A stretch of DNA of 64,000 bases from an uncultured Desulfobacter sp. (GCA_963665095.1 OY762069.1:5184001-5248000); one strand, 5' to 3'; shown: positions 10,616 through 21,271, counted from the stretch's first letter. The notes: generated by a model not told the origin, from the letters alone. Translations and numbers: made by a program.

Positions 10616-12061
10616 ATGAACAGATTTTCATCCGTTACAGCATTTGTTGTTTTATCCCTGGCCCTGGCATCAGGCATGTTTTTTTCAGGCTGTATCAGTG
10701 TGGGGCCTGATTTTGAAAAACCCGTTGTAGAGACGCCGTCTGAGTATCGGTTTGCCCCGTCACAGACCACCGATCAGGAGCTGAAGTGGTGGGAACTGTT
10801 CCGGGATCCCGCCCTTTACGATCTGGTCAACACCGCCCTGGAAAACAACAAGAACCTGCAGCAGGCCATGAGCCGGATTGAGGAAGCACGGTTTTCCTAC
10901 GGCATGAGCCGGGCAGACAGAGGACCCGCCGTCAATGTGGGGGCCGGGGGTTTTGCCGGCAATTATTCCGGCACCAGATACGGCACCACCAACAATAATT
11001 TTTATGCCTCTTTGAATCTTGCCTGGGAAGTGGATTTCTGGGGAAAATACAAACGGGCCTCCGAGGCAGCCAAGGCCAATATCCTGGCCTCAACCTACGG
11101 GGCCTGGGCCATCCGGACCACCCTGGTCAGTGATGTGGTCACCGCCTATTACCAGCTGCTGGATTACCGCTCACGCCTTGACATGTCCAAAGAGACCCTT
11201 GCCACAAGACAGGACGGTTTGGATATCATCACCAAACGGTTTGAAAAAGGCATAATTCCTGAGATCGACGTCAACCAGGCCCAGATCCAGCTGGAAGTGG
11301 CAGCCGGGGCCATCCCCACCTACGAGCGGCTCATTACCAGAACCGAACACCGGATCAAACTGCTCATGGGTGCGCTGCCCGGAGAGGTTTATACCGATAC
11401 CACCCTGGAGGAGCAGTCCGCACCCCCAGCGATTCCGGTGGGTGTGCCTGCCTCTTTGCTGGAACGGCGCCCGGAAATTCAACAGGCCTTAGCCCAGCTT
11501 CATGCCAGCAACGAGCAGATCGGGGTGGCCGTGGCCCAGCGGCTTCCTGCCATCAGCCTGACCGGCATGCTGGGTCTGGCTTCTTCGGAAGTTTCCAATG
11601 TCACCAACCAGGGCGGCATCTGGAATCTGGGTGGCGGTGTTTTAGGGCCGCTGTTTGACTTCCGAAAATCCAAGTTCCGGGTGGATGTGGCCAAAGAGCA
11701 GACCCGCCAGGCATTGTTCAACTACGAGAAGGTGGTTCTTACGGCATTTAAAGAGGTGGCGGATGCCCTGGTGGATGTGGACACTTATAAACGTGCAGGC
11801 GAGGCAGCTGAAAGAAAAGTTGCGGCAGCTCAGAATGCGGCCAGGCTCTCCTTTGAGCGGTACGACAAGGGCGTCAGCTCTTATCTTGAGGTATTGGATT
11901 CCGAACGTACCCTGTTTTCAGCCCAGCTTGAATTTTCAGAAACCCGACAGCTTTACTTTAATGCCTATGTCAGCCTGTATAAAGCCCTTGGTGGGGGGTG
12001 GCTTATTTCAGATGATACCAGTGAAGACGGCACAGACGGGGTGAGTACTGCAACCCCCTGA
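10616..12061 (+). CDS. RND outer-membrane channel lipoprotein (OprM/NodT family)
   Basis: Lipobox FSGC, WEVDFWG, LLERRPEI, LYKALGGGW. Confidence 0.95.
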   Translation: MNRFSSVTAFVVLSLALASGMFFSGCISVGPDFEKPVVETPSEYRFAPSQTTDQELKWWELFRDPALYDLVNTALENNKNLQQAMSRIEEARFSYGMSRADRGPAVNVGAGGFAGNYSGTRYGTTNNNFYASLNLAWEVDFWGKYKRASEAAKANILASTYGAWAIRTTLVSDVVTAYYQLLDYRSRLDMSKETLATRQDGLDIITKRFEKGIIPEIDVNQAQIQLEVAAGAIPTYERLITRTEHRIKLLMGALPGEVYTDTTLEEQSAPPAIPVGVPASLLERRPEIQQALAQLHASNEQIGVAVAQRLPAISLTGMLGLASSEVSNVTNQGGIWNLGGGVLGPLFDFRKSKFRVDVAKEQTRQALFNYEKVVLTAFKEVADALVDVDTYKRAGEAAERKVAAAQNAARLSFERYDKGVSSYLEVLDSERTLFSAQLEFSETRQLYFNAYVSLYKALGGGWLISDDTSEDGTDGVSTATP

Positions 12062-12103
12062 TGTCTTTGGGGCGGATATTTTTTCAAGGATTGGGGGCAG
12101 GTT

Positions 12104-14728
12104 ATGCAAGCGTTCTCTTCATTCTCCTTTGAAGACAATTCCCGGATCCGGGCGGCCCGGGATTTTATCAACGAAACCCGGTCCCATCTTTATCTTACGG
12201 GCCGGGCCGGTACCGGTAAAACCACCTTTTTAAAATCCTTAAGCAGTTTCTGTCCCAAACAGTTTATTGTCACAGCGCCCACCGGCGTTGCTGCCGTGAA
12301 TGCCGGCGGCGTGACCCTGCACTCCTTTTTTCAGATTCCTTTAGGGCCGTTTTTGCCCGGCCAGAGCGATCAGGCCCGGGACCGGCAGCGGTTTTTCAGA
12401 TTTTCCAAGGAGAAAAAGCGGATCATCAGCGGGCTGGATCTTCTGGTAATCGATGAGATCTCCATGGTGAGAGCCGATCTCATGGATGCCCTGGATTCCG
12501 TTCTGCGACGGCTGCGTCGGGATGAACGCCCCTTTGGCGGGGTCCAGCTGCTGCTCATAGGGGATCTGTTCCAGTTGCCGCCGGTGACAAAGCAAGGTGA
12601 GTGGGAACTCTTATCCCACCATTATGCCTCCCCCTATTTTTTTGCAAGCCAGGCCTTGGCCCAATCCCATCTGGTCACCATTGAACTTGAGACCGTTTAC
12701 CGTCAGAGTGACCCTGATTTTATACGGCTGCTCAATGCTGTGCGTGAAAACCGCATGGACAGCCATTGTATGGACATCCTGAATGAACGGGTCCGGCCCG
12801 ATCCCCCAAATCAAGGGTCTATTATCCTGACCACCCACAACCGTAAGGCTGAGTCCATTAACGCACGAAAGCTTGCAAAACTTCAGGAACCGGAACATAG
12901 GCTGGCAGCCGAGGTAACAGGAGATTTTCCGGCCCATGCCTTTCCCACCGGAGAGCAGCTGACCCTGAAATCCGGGGCCCAGGTAATGTTTCTGCGCAAT
13001 GACGCTTCGCCTGAAAAAAACTATTTTAACGGCAGTATCGGCCGGGTGACCCATGTGGGACGTCAGACCGTTACCGTGGCCTGCCAGGGAAGTGCCGGCC
13101 GGGCAGCCGGAGAAAGTGCCGGTGCCGGGGACGGGGCTGTGGTGGAACTCAATCCCGTGGACTGGGAAAATGTCACCTATAAAATCAACGAGAAAGATAA
13201 AACCATCGAACCCGAGGTGGTGGGCACCTTCCGGCAGTTTCCCTTAAAGCTTGCCTGGGCCGTTACCATCCATAAAAGCCAGGGCCTGACCTTTGACCAC
13301 GCCATTGTGGATGCCAAGGATGCCTTTGCCCACGGTCAGGTCTATGTGGCGTTGAGCCGCTGCACCGGCCTTGACGGTCTGGTTCTCACCGCCCCGGTTC
13401 CTGCCAGGGCTTTGGGGACCGATCCTGTGGTGGCGGACTTCATGACACATACGGCACTGTCGGACCAGGATCTTGCCGATGTCTTTCAATCTGCCCGAAT
13501 GGCCTGCCAGCAGGAACTGGTACTGGCATGCTTTGACTGTTCAAGCTTTTTGCGGCTTTTTTTCTATTTTCTGCGCCTGGCCAGGGACAACCGTAATGTG
13601 CTGCGGATCCCGGGTTTAGGTGACCCCCATGATATGGAAGCCCGGGTACGTGAGCAGGTGTTCCAGGTGAGCGATAAGTTCCAGATCCAGCTTAAAGGGC
13701 TCATGGCAAAGGAGCCCCTGCCTGAAGAGAGTGACATTATTCAGGAGCGGATTCGCAAGGCCAGCGCCTGGTTTGGGAACACCCTTTCCGAGGTGTTCGG
13801 GGCGCTTCTTGAAAGAGGCGCTGTGGAGACGGATAATGCCGCCCTTGCCAAGCAGGTCAATAATGCCCTGGACTCACTGAAACAGGAGATCAAAAGAAAG
13901 CAGGCAGGGATTCTCTCCTGTGCCGAGGGGTTTTCCACAGCAAAATATCTTCGCGCCCTGTCCGCTGCGGCCATGGAGGATTCGCCTAAAAAGTCGTCAA
14001 AAAAAGGTGCTTCCTCTTCTTCTGCACCGGATTATACCGAACTGGATATTGCCCATCCTGAACTGTTCAAGGCCATCAAAGAGTGGCGGACCCGGAAGGC
14101 TGCCGAGAAAAACGTCAAAGCCTTTCAGATTCTTCACCAGAAGGTGCTTGTCCAGATTGCTGTCTGCCTTCCCGGAAGTGCCAAAAGCCTTAAGGCCCTG
14201 AAAGGCGTCGGCCCTGCCACCCTGGAGAGCTACGGGGATGAACTGCTGGCCATGGTGGAGGCGTATTGCAGTGAGAAGGGGCTTTCAACCGACCATACCC
14301 CTGATCCCCTTCCCGCAACCCCTGTGCCGGATAAAATGCCGGAACAAAAAGGGGACAGTGACACTGTCCGGAACCAGGACCGGGAAAAGGGCCCGGATGA
14401 GCAGGTGCAGGACCCGGCGCCCCCAAAGCCAAATTCCCGCCAGATCAGTCTGATCATGTTTGAAGACGGCATGACGCCTGAGCAGATCGCAGAAGAGCGG
14501 GGGCTTGTGCCAAGTACCATCTTTGGCCATCTGTGTTCCTTTGTCGCCAAGGGCGAGTTGGCCGTGGAAAGACTTGTGGAAAAAGAGACCCTTGAAAGAA
14601 TCGTTGAAAAGGCGTCGCCTGATAAAGGCTGGACCCAGTTGAAAAGGGAGCTGGGGGATGATGTCTCCTACGAGCAGATCCGTGCGGTCATGTCCCACCT
14701 GAAATACATTGAAGCAGGGAGTCAATAG
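12104..14728 (+). CDS. Pif1/RecD-like SF1B helicase with HRDC and C-terminal HTH domains
   Basis: GRAGTGKT, IDEISM, GDLFQLPPV, TIHKSQG, YVALSR; HRDC-like ELFKAIKEWR..GVGP; terminal HTH. Confidence 0.9.
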   Translation: MQAFSSFSFEDNSRIRAARDFINETRSHLYLTGRAGTGKTTFLKSLSSFCPKQFIVTAPTGVAAVNAGGVTLHSFFQIPLGPFLPGQSDQARDRQRFFRFSKEKKRIISGLDLLVIDEISMVRADLMDALDSVLRRLRRDERPFGGVQLLLIGDLFQLPPVTKQGEWELLSHHYASPYFFASQALAQSHLVTIELETVYRQSDPDFIRLLNAVRENRMDSHCMDILNERVRPDPPNQGSIILTTHNRKAESINARKLAKLQEPEHRLAAEVTGDFPAHAFPTGEQLTLKSGAQVMFLRNDASPEKNYFNGSIGRVTHVGRQTVTVACQGSAGRAAGESAGAGDGAVVELNPVDWENVTYKINEKDKTIEPEVVGTFRQFPLKLAWAVTIHKSQGLTFDHAIVDAKDAFAHGQVYVALSRCTGLDGLVLTAPVPARALGTDPVVADFMTHTALSDQDLADVFQSARMACQQELVLACFDCSSFLRLFFYFLRLARDNRNVLRIPGLGDPHDMEARVREQVFQVSDKFQIQLKGLMAKEPLPEESDIIQERIRKASAWFGNTLSEVFGALLERGAVETDNAALAKQVNNALDSLKQEIKRKQAGILSCAEGFSTAKYLRALSAAAMEDSPKKSSKKGASSSSAPDYTELDIAHPELFKAIKEWRTRKAAEKNVKAFQILHQKVLVQIAVCLPGSAKSLKALKGVGPATLESYGDELLAMVEAYCSEKGLSTDHTPDPLPATPVPDKMPEQKGDSDTVRNQDREKGPDEQVQDPAPPKPNSRQISLIMFEDGMTPEQIAEERGLVPSTIFGHLCSFVAKGELAVERLVEKETLERIVEKASPDKGWTQLKRELGDDVSYEQIRAVMSHLKYIEAGSQ

Positions 14729-14778
14729 CGTTGTTCACAATGGCGTTCTGAATTTTGAAAAAATAAGGAGATCCACAG

Positions 14779-16386
14779 ATGGCGCAAGGCAGGTTATTGC
14801 TGAAAAACGGAACCATTATCGACGGCACCGGAACCAAGGGATACAAAGGCGATCTGCTCATTGCAGGGTCTCTGATTGAGGCGGTTTCAGACCATGATAT
14901 TGCAGCGGACGCACCGGTTCTTGACTGCACGGACAAGGTGGTGGCGCCTGGATTTATCGACATGCACTCCCACAATGACTGGTTCCTCTCCAATGCCGAC
15001 CAGCCGGAATTCACCATGCCGTTCACCGAACAGGGGATCACCACCTTTGTGGGTGGAAACTGCGGATTCAGCGCCGCCGGGATTCTCAAAGATTCCCCCC
15101 ACAAAGCATTCATGGCGGCCAACAATCTGTTCAAGGCTGGTACCCCGGAATTGAAATGGGACACCATGTCAGAGTTCTCCAAACTTCTCACCCGCCAGGG
15201 CCTGACCCATAATCTTGCCATGCTTGCCGGGCACGGTACGGCCAGAACTTCTGTGTGTGCATGGGATCCGGCCCCACTTTCAAAAAGCGACATGTCGACG
15301 CTGTTAACCCTTCTGGAACAGGCCATGGATGAGGGGGCAAAAGGCGTCTCCTTAGGGTTGCAATATGCGCCCGGGATTTTTGCCGGATCAGAAGAGCTTA
15401 AAAAGGTTGCAGAGCTGGTGAAGAAAAAGGATAGGCTTTTAACCGTGCACATGAAGGCCTACTCCTCAGTGTCCGGCACCTATCCGGTAAAACCGTTGGG
15501 CATGCCCCACAACCTTATGGCCCTGGCTGAAATCCTTGAACTGGCTAAGTCCACCGGTGTCAGGCTCCAGCTCTCCCATCTTATTTTTGTGGGGGAAAAG
15601 AGCTGGAAAACCTTTCACAAAGCCATGGAGATGATTGACGCGGCCAGGAAGAGCGGCCTGGATGTGATGCTGGATACCTATGCCTACCACTGCGGGGCTT
15701 CGGTGATTACCGTGCTGTTGCCCGAGTGGTTCATGGCAGGGGCACCGGACAGCTTTAATGCCCGGTTTCCGGTGTTCAAGGTGCGGTTGCTGGCAGCGCT
15801 CTCGTTTCGCCTTCTCGGATTCGGGTTTGAGGATATCCAGATCGCCTGTGCAAATTACCCCGACCTGGACCGCTACAATGGCATGTTCCTGTCTGATATT
15901 GCCAGGGATAGAGGGATGCAGCCCTTTGACAACTACATGGATTTTGTCCGGAAAAGCAAGGGAACGGCCCGGGTGCTTATGTACCGGTATTCCAGTCCGG
16001 ATATTGTGGACCGGCTCATGGATCACCCCCTGAGCATGTATATGACCGATGCCTGGTCGGAACCCACCGGCGTTCAGAATCCGGCGGCCTACGGGTGTTT
16101 CCCAAAATTTCTGCAACAGGCACGGGATAAGGGTACCATGGAGGCGGCTGTTCACAAAATGACCGGTGCCAGCGCCTCCCGGTTCAGCATCCATGACCGG
16201 GGCGTGCTGGAAAAAGGGAAAGCCGCAGATATCACCATTTTTGATCCCAATACAGTAAAAGACAATACCTGTCCTGAAACAACAGATGCCCGACCCACGG
16301 GTATAGATTACGTATTTATCAACGGCATTCAGGTGGTGACCAGCGGCAAGACGGAGGCCTCCCTGAGACCGGGGCAGATGCTATAG
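14779..16386 (+). CDS. N-acyl-D-amino-acid deacylase family amidohydrolase
   Basis: APGFIDMHSHND, GNCG, YAPG, ADITIFD. Confidence 0.9.
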   Translation: MAQGRLLLKNGTIIDGTGTKGYKGDLLIAGSLIEAVSDHDIAADAPVLDCTDKVVAPGFIDMHSHNDWFLSNADQPEFTMPFTEQGITTFVGGNCGFSAAGILKDSPHKAFMAANNLFKAGTPELKWDTMSEFSKLLTRQGLTHNLAMLAGHGTARTSVCAWDPAPLSKSDMSTLLTLLEQAMDEGAKGVSLGLQYAPGIFAGSEELKKVAELVKKKDRLLTVHMKAYSSVSGTYPVKPLGMPHNLMALAEILELAKSTGVRLQLSHLIFVGEKSWKTFHKAMEMIDAARKSGLDVMLDTYAYHCGASVITVLLPEWFMAGAPDSFNARFPVFKVRLLAALSFRLLGFGFEDIQIACANYPDLDRYNGMFLSDIARDRGMQPFDNYMDFVRKSKGTARVLMYRYSSPDIVDRLMDHPLSMYMTDAWSEPTGVQNPAAYGCFPKFLQQARDKGTMEAAVHKMTGASASRFSIHDRGVLEKGKAADITIFDPNTVKDNTCPETTDARPTGIDYVFINGIQVVTSGKTEASLRPGQML

Positions 16387-16399
16387 GTGTTACACCACT

Positions 16400-16956
16400 T
16401 ATTAAAGCTTTTTGTTTTCAAAAGAGGCGTTTGATGCGGCCGAGCCGGAACGCCGGATGTCCTATTGCCGGATGGTTGCCGGTGCCAGCAGAGGTAAAGA
16501 GATGAAGGTGGATGTGACCAACTTTGACTGCTTTGCTTCAGCAAGGGTTCTGCCATTGTCATTTCCATTCCCTTCAACATCATGCACCTGGTCCAGGGGT
16601 ATTCATATAAATTCGGGACATATGCCGGGTATAAATTTATCGGCAACCAGGCCATGTGCTCTGAATGTACGGCACAGCCCTATAAGGCAAATGCCATTAA
16701 TCTGTCACTCATGTGCGCCGGTGCCAGACAGAACGGCATGAAAAAGGATGAACTGGCCATTGGCGTCACGGCCAATAAGTTTGTGGCAATGATCGACGGC
16801 TTGTGCAAAACCATTACCTCGGTGGAGCTTGATACCAGGAAGAAACAGATACAGGAGAACTTCTCCGGGGCCGGAATATCAGATGTAGAGATTGTGCCGG
16901 ACACCAACTACTGGGTTGCCGTGTCGGATTATGATTCAGAAAAGTTTATTCCCTGA
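16400..16956 (+). pseudogene. DUF169-like pseudogene (5' truncated, frameshifted with probable internal deletion near 16551)
   Basis: Frame 1 gives ..SYCRMV..FDCFASARVL; another frame continues AIVISIPFNIMHLVQG..QAMCSEC..SLMCAGAR..DELAIG; no proper start. Confidence 0.65.
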
Positions 16957-17059
16957 AAAAGGAATGTTACCCTCGGGGCGGTTCTGTCAAAGGCACTGGT
17001 TGACAGGAAGGCGGATTTCATCCTAAGCCTTTGAAAAAAACAATACGGGAGCAACGCTC

Positions 17060-17386
17060 ATGCGAATGTTTCGAACCACCATTGTTATATTTCTGGCATT
17101 TTTTTTACTGGTCGTTTCCGGGTGTGCCTATGTGGATACCAAAACGCCTTTGGACGAGAATCTTGATCAGACCACCTTGGGTACAAAGACCGGCGTGGCC
17201 GAAGCCTACAGTGTTTTATGGATGGTTGCCTGGGGGGATGCAAGCTATGCTGCGGCTGCCAAACAGCAGGGGATTAAGACCCTTTATTTTACAGACCAGG
17301 AGGTGATCAGTGTTATGGGGGTCTATTCATCCCACAGGGTTCTGCTTTATGGTGAGCCGGCAACAGGCAAGGATTCCCAACCTTAG
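17060..17386 (+). CDS. Small lipoprotein, TRL-like family
   Basis: Lipobox VSGC, KTGVAEAYSVLWMVAWGDAS..AAA..GI pattern. Confidence 0.7.
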   Translation: MRMFRTTIVIFLAFFLLVVSGCAYVDTKTPLDENLDQTTLGTKTGVAEAYSVLWMVAWGDASYAAAAKQQGIKTLYFTDQEVISVMGVYSSHRVLLYGEPATGKDSQP

Positions 17387-17441
17387 AATTATACCCTTCT
17401 TCCCGCCCAACTCCTGGCGCAAAACTAAGGTGTTACCGGAT

Positions 17442-17481
17442 CATGGTTAAGCATTGACAAACCATGCAACATATCTATAGT
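17442..17481 (+). promoter_or_regulatory. sigma70 promoter with overlapping palindromic operator
   Basis: TTGACA (17454) N16 TATAGT (17476); CATGGTT-N11-AACCATG straddles the -35. Confidence 0.6.
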
Positions 17482-17520
17482 TGAGAACTGTTTTAAATAT
17501 TATTTAGAAGAGATTTGGAT

Positions 17521-18894
17521 ATGATCAATCCGGAACAGATTACCGCCCTGAAAAATATTGTGGGTAAAGACAGGTGCTTTGATACACCTGAACAACTGGC
17601 CTGTTATTCTTATGACGCCTATTTTGAGGAAGCCCTGCCTGATCTGGTGCTTTTTCCTGTAACCAGGGAAGAGGTGTCGGATATTTTAAAAATCTGCTCG
17701 GCACAGAAAATCCCTGTGACCGCCAGAGGGGCCGGCACCTCAATCTGCGGTGCCAGCATTCCGGCCAGGGGCGGAGTTGTTTTATGTTTTTCAAAGATGA
17801 ACCGGATCATTGAAATCAATACCAAAGACCGGTACGTCATTGTGGAACCGGGGGTGGTTAATTCGGACCTTCAAAAGGCCCTGGCACCCTTTGGTTTCTT
17901 TTATCCGCCGGATCCGGGTTCCATGGTGGTTTCCACCATCGGCGGAAATGTGGCCCAGAATGCGGGCGGTCCCCGCTGTCTGAAATACGGGGTGACCGTT
18001 GACTATATCCTTGGTATGGAGGTGGTGCTGGCCTCCGGCAAGGTGGTGCGGTTTGGTTCCCGCAATGTCAAGGATGTTACCGGCTACCGCCTTTCCGCCC
18101 TTTTCTGCGGGTCCGAGGGCACTTTAGGCATGGTGACGTCTGTGATCCTCAAGGTTCTGCCCCAGCCGGAAAGCGTCCAAACCCTTCTTGTCACCTTTGA
18201 CGATCTGGACAATACCGCCAAGGCTGTGGCCGATATTATCGGTGCCGGCATCCTGCCTGCCGCCATGGAACTGATGGACAGAACCACCATCCAAACCATT
18301 GAGGCCAAAGCCCATATCGGGCTGCCTGTGGATGCCGAAGGCACCCTGCTTTTAGAAGTGGACGGGGTGAAAGAGGCGTGTGAAAAAGAGATTGAGAAAA
18401 TTACGGAAAAGCTCAAAGCCAACGGGGCTGTCAATATCGATATTGCCAGGACCGAAGAGGATCGTGAAAAACTCTGGCAGGCAAGGCGGTCGGCATACGG
18501 GGTCTTTGCCAAGCTTTCGCCGAGCCTCTACACCGAAGATATTGTGGTGCCCACCAGCAAGATTCCGGAGATGACCCGTATCATTGTGGATATTGCAGAT
18601 AAATACAATCTCACTGTGGGGGTGATGGCCCATGCCGGTGACGGCAACATGCATCCCATGATTCCGGCGGACAAGGCCAACCCGGAAGAGTGGAAGCGGG
18701 TGGAAAAGGCCTTTGACGAAATTATGGCGGCAGCCGCCGACCTAAAGGGCTCTTTGTCAGGAGAGCACGGCATCGGCCTTGCCAAGGCGGAATACCTGCC
18801 CCTGGTCATGAATGAAGATGCGGTTGAGTTCATGGGGGTGATTAAAAAGGCCGTGGATCCGGACGGCATCCTGAATCCGGGAAAGTTTGTGTAA
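17521..18894 (+). CDS. glcD: FAD-linked 2-hydroxyacid dehydrogenase, GlcD/D-lactate dehydrogenase family
   Basis: RGAGTS, PPDPGS, GSEGTLG, HAGDGNMH, GEHGIG, LNPGK. Confidence 0.9.
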   Translation: MINPEQITALKNIVGKDRCFDTPEQLACYSYDAYFEEALPDLVLFPVTREEVSDILKICSAQKIPVTARGAGTSICGASIPARGGVVLCFSKMNRIIEINTKDRYVIVEPGVVNSDLQKALAPFGFFYPPDPGSMVVSTIGGNVAQNAGGPRCLKYGVTVDYILGMEVVLASGKVVRFGSRNVKDVTGYRLSALFCGSEGTLGMVTSVILKVLPQPESVQTLLVTFDDLDNTAKAVADIIGAGILPAAMELMDRTTIQTIEAKAHIGLPVDAEGTLLLEVDGVKEACEKEIEKITEKLKANGAVNIDIARTEEDREKLWQARRSAYGVFAKLSPSLYTEDIVVPTSKIPEMTRIIVDIADKYNLTVGVMAHAGDGNMHPMIPADKANPEEWKRVEKAFDEIMAAAADLKGSLSGEHGIGLAKAEYLPLVMNEDAVEFMGVIKKAVDPDGILNPGKFV

Positions 18895-18895
18895 C

Positions 18896-20155
18896 ATGAC
18901 GGAATTATACGGACAAAATTGCAACAAGTGCGGGTTTTGCCTTTCAGTGTGCCCGACCTATAAGGCCCAGGGGACCGAAGATGCCTCCCCGAGAGCCAGG
19001 ATCCAGCTCATTGATGCGCTAAAGGAGAACAGAGTCGGGTCATCTGAGAAACTCAAAGAGATTATCTCCAAATGCCTGATGTGCGGCAGTTGTGCCAATA
19101 TCTGCCCTTCAGGCATCAACCATTATGACCGGTTCATGCGCATGCGCGAGCAGATGATCGCGGACCACGGGGATTCGGTTGAAATCAAGAGTCTGGTTTA
19201 TCTTCTGGCCCGGGAATCCCGGATCAGCATGGCGGCAGGGGCTGCCCGGGTGGCCCAGAAACTGGTGCCAGATGCATTTGCCAGAAAATATCGTCTGGGA
19301 AATATTCCGTTAAAACGGTTCCCCTCTTTTAATAAAGTGCCGTTCAGGCAGGCGGCCCGGAAGCGGTTAACAGATGCTTCCCCCAAGGGGCAAACAGCGC
19401 CCGATACCCTGAAATACGGCAGGGTCCTTTATTTCACCGGCTGCGCCACCAATTATTTGTTTGATGATACCGGTTTTGCTACACTTGAAATTCTTAGGAA
19501 TTTAGGCGTGGATGTAGTGATTCCTGAAAAGCAGACCTGCTGCGGAATTCCCATGATTTTTCACGGCGGTCGGATCAAGGCCCAATCCAACATAAAAACC
19601 AACCTGGCCTGCCTGGATGTCAGCGGGTTTGACGCTGTGATTGTGGACTGTCCCACCTGCGGGGCGGCCCTGAAAAATGAATACCCGGCCCTGGTGAAAG
19701 AGTTCGGGCTGGACCAGGCCCGGGCGGACCAGATCGCCGAAAAGGTAATGGATATCAGTACCTTCCTGATGACTCACGGTCACCCGGAAACGTTCCCTGC
19801 CCAGACAGAATCTGTATCCGTTACCTATCATCAGCCCTGTCATCTGAAAAACAACATGCCCCATCCATCCAGCAGTCAGGCGCTTTTAAAGGCCCTGCCT
19901 GGTGTAGAGTATATACCTGCATCCGATTTCAATGTCTGCTGCGGCGGGGGCGGCACCTTTTTTTATGAATATCCGGATTTGTCCAGGGGCATGGTGGACA
20001 AAAAAGTAGCCAATGCAAACGCCACAGGCGCCCGGTTCTGGGTAACAGACTGCCCGGTGTGCAGGATCAACCTTGGCGGCAACCTTGAAGAATCCGACAC
20101 CCTGAGCGTGGTACACCCCGCGTTTTTGGCAGCAGGCAGGATGTTCAGCCAGTAA
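18896..20155 (+). CDS. glcF: Fe-S subunit with two CCG domains (GlcF family)
   Basis: CxxCxxCxxxCP twice, QTCCG, YHQPCHL, CCGGGG; start may be 18887. Confidence 0.9.
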   Translation: MTELYGQNCNKCGFCLSVCPTYKAQGTEDASPRARIQLIDALKENRVGSSEKLKEIISKCLMCGSCANICPSGINHYDRFMRMREQMIADHGDSVEIKSLVYLLARESRISMAAGAARVAQKLVPDAFARKYRLGNIPLKRFPSFNKVPFRQAARKRLTDASPKGQTAPDTLKYGRVLYFTGCATNYLFDDTGFATLEILRNLGVDVVIPEKQTCCGIPMIFHGGRIKAQSNIKTNLACLDVSGFDAVIVDCPTCGAALKNEYPALVKEFGLDQARADQIAEKVMDISTFLMTHGHPETFPAQTESVSVTYHQPCHLKNNMPHPSSSQALLKALPGVEYIPASDFNVCCGGGGTFFYEYPDLSRGMVDKKVANANATGARFWVTDCPVCRINLGGNLEESDTLSVVHPAFLAAGRMFSQ

Positions 20156-20283
20156 AGGCCCAGTCAATTATATCCGGTACTAAATGTATTTTAACGGTTT
20201 TTTGCAGAATCCGGATAATGTATTAAACGGAAGACAAAACCTCAGAAATCAACATTTAAAGTTATTATGAACAATCCATGTTT

Positions 20284-20868
20284 CTAATCATTACGACCGT
20301 CATCACGGGCGATATATCTAACAAGGCAGGAGTGAAGCAGAAGCCACGTTTTGAAATTTAGTCTTGCCAATACTTCAGAATGGTTAATTAAACATTGTCT
20401 CTCGATGGAGTTAATGATTGTCAAATCAATATAAAAATCTTTTTCTTCGTTATCCCATCTTGGAATGAATACCCTCTTAAAAAACTTATACTTTTTAAAA
20501 TTATAGAGAACATTTCCGGGAGTGTCATGTGGAACTGGAATAAGGGGAGATACTTGAGTGAGTTGTGGTATCGAAGAGGCTTCATTAATAGGGATACTTC
20601 TTGATAGATCACAAGTATTTCCCAATATTACCCAATAGTTATATTCATCATCAATAATTGATACATCTCCATCTCCATCAATATACACAGGATTATTTTT
20701 TAATGAAATGATATCTCCTTGAAAAAAAGCTTTTTCATTTTTATTGATGTACGGAGCAAAAAATTGATAAAAAATAGATCCATCATCAATTAGAGATTTA
20801 ATTTGGCGCCCTAACTCTTCAAAATCATAAATTGGCGGCCAGCGACCTACATTCTCAGAAACATTCAT
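20284..20868 (-). CDS. Hypothetical protein with MazF/PemK-like residue pattern (candidate toxin)
   Basis: QGDII...WVILGNTCDL...VSPLI...YIDLTIINSI...LARL plus terminal helix; AT-rich; ATGA overlap with upstream gene. Confidence 0.6.
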   Translation of the reverse strand: MNVSENVGRWPPIYDFEELGRQIKSLIDDGSIFYQFFAPYINKNEKAFFQGDIISLKNNPVYIDGDGDVSIIDDEYNYWVILGNTCDLSRSIPINEASSIPQLTQVSPLIPVPHDTPGNVLYNFKKYKFFKRVFIPRWDNEEKDFYIDLTIINSIERQCLINHSEVLARLNFKTWLLLHSCLVRYIARDDGRND

Positions 20869-21269
20869 GCCTTTTTGTTAACCAATATTTTTTTTGTTTT
20901 TATTGTAACCTTGCTAAAAAAAACATCTGCTTCTTTTTCTGCGATCTCATCACTTTCTAAAAATGATAGCTTTTTTAAGATACTAAATGTATCTGCTATT
21001 GAACTATGATCATCTTCTAAGGCAATATACTCTACCTTAATATCTGACCACGTATTTGTATCAGAATAGTAAAGACTATTAACCGCATACCCACCGCTCC
21101 CTTCCTTATTCACAGCGAAATTACCTAACGGCGGAGAAGAAAAAATAGGCATGCTGGCATTTAACAAAAAAGCGCCGCAAATCACCATAGTCTTTGTTTT
21201 GTCTTTAAGGGAGTATTGATATTGAGTCTGACTCTGCAACAAATTGTCGTACAAGTCTGTATTATACAT
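20865..21269 (-). CDS. Hypothetical low-complexity protein (candidate antitoxin)
   Basis: 134 aa ORF tightly coupled to both neighbours; Ser/Tyr/Asn-rich N-half with short hydrophobic patch, acidic then basic C-half. Confidence 0.6.
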   Translation of the reverse strand: MYNTDLYDNLLQSQTQYQYSLKDKTKTMVICGAFLLNASMPIFSSPPLGNFAVNKEGSGGYAVNSLYYSDTNTWSDIKVEYIALEDDHSSIADTFSILKKLSFLESDEIAEKEADVFFSKVTIKTKKILVNKKA

Positions 21270-21271
21270 GT

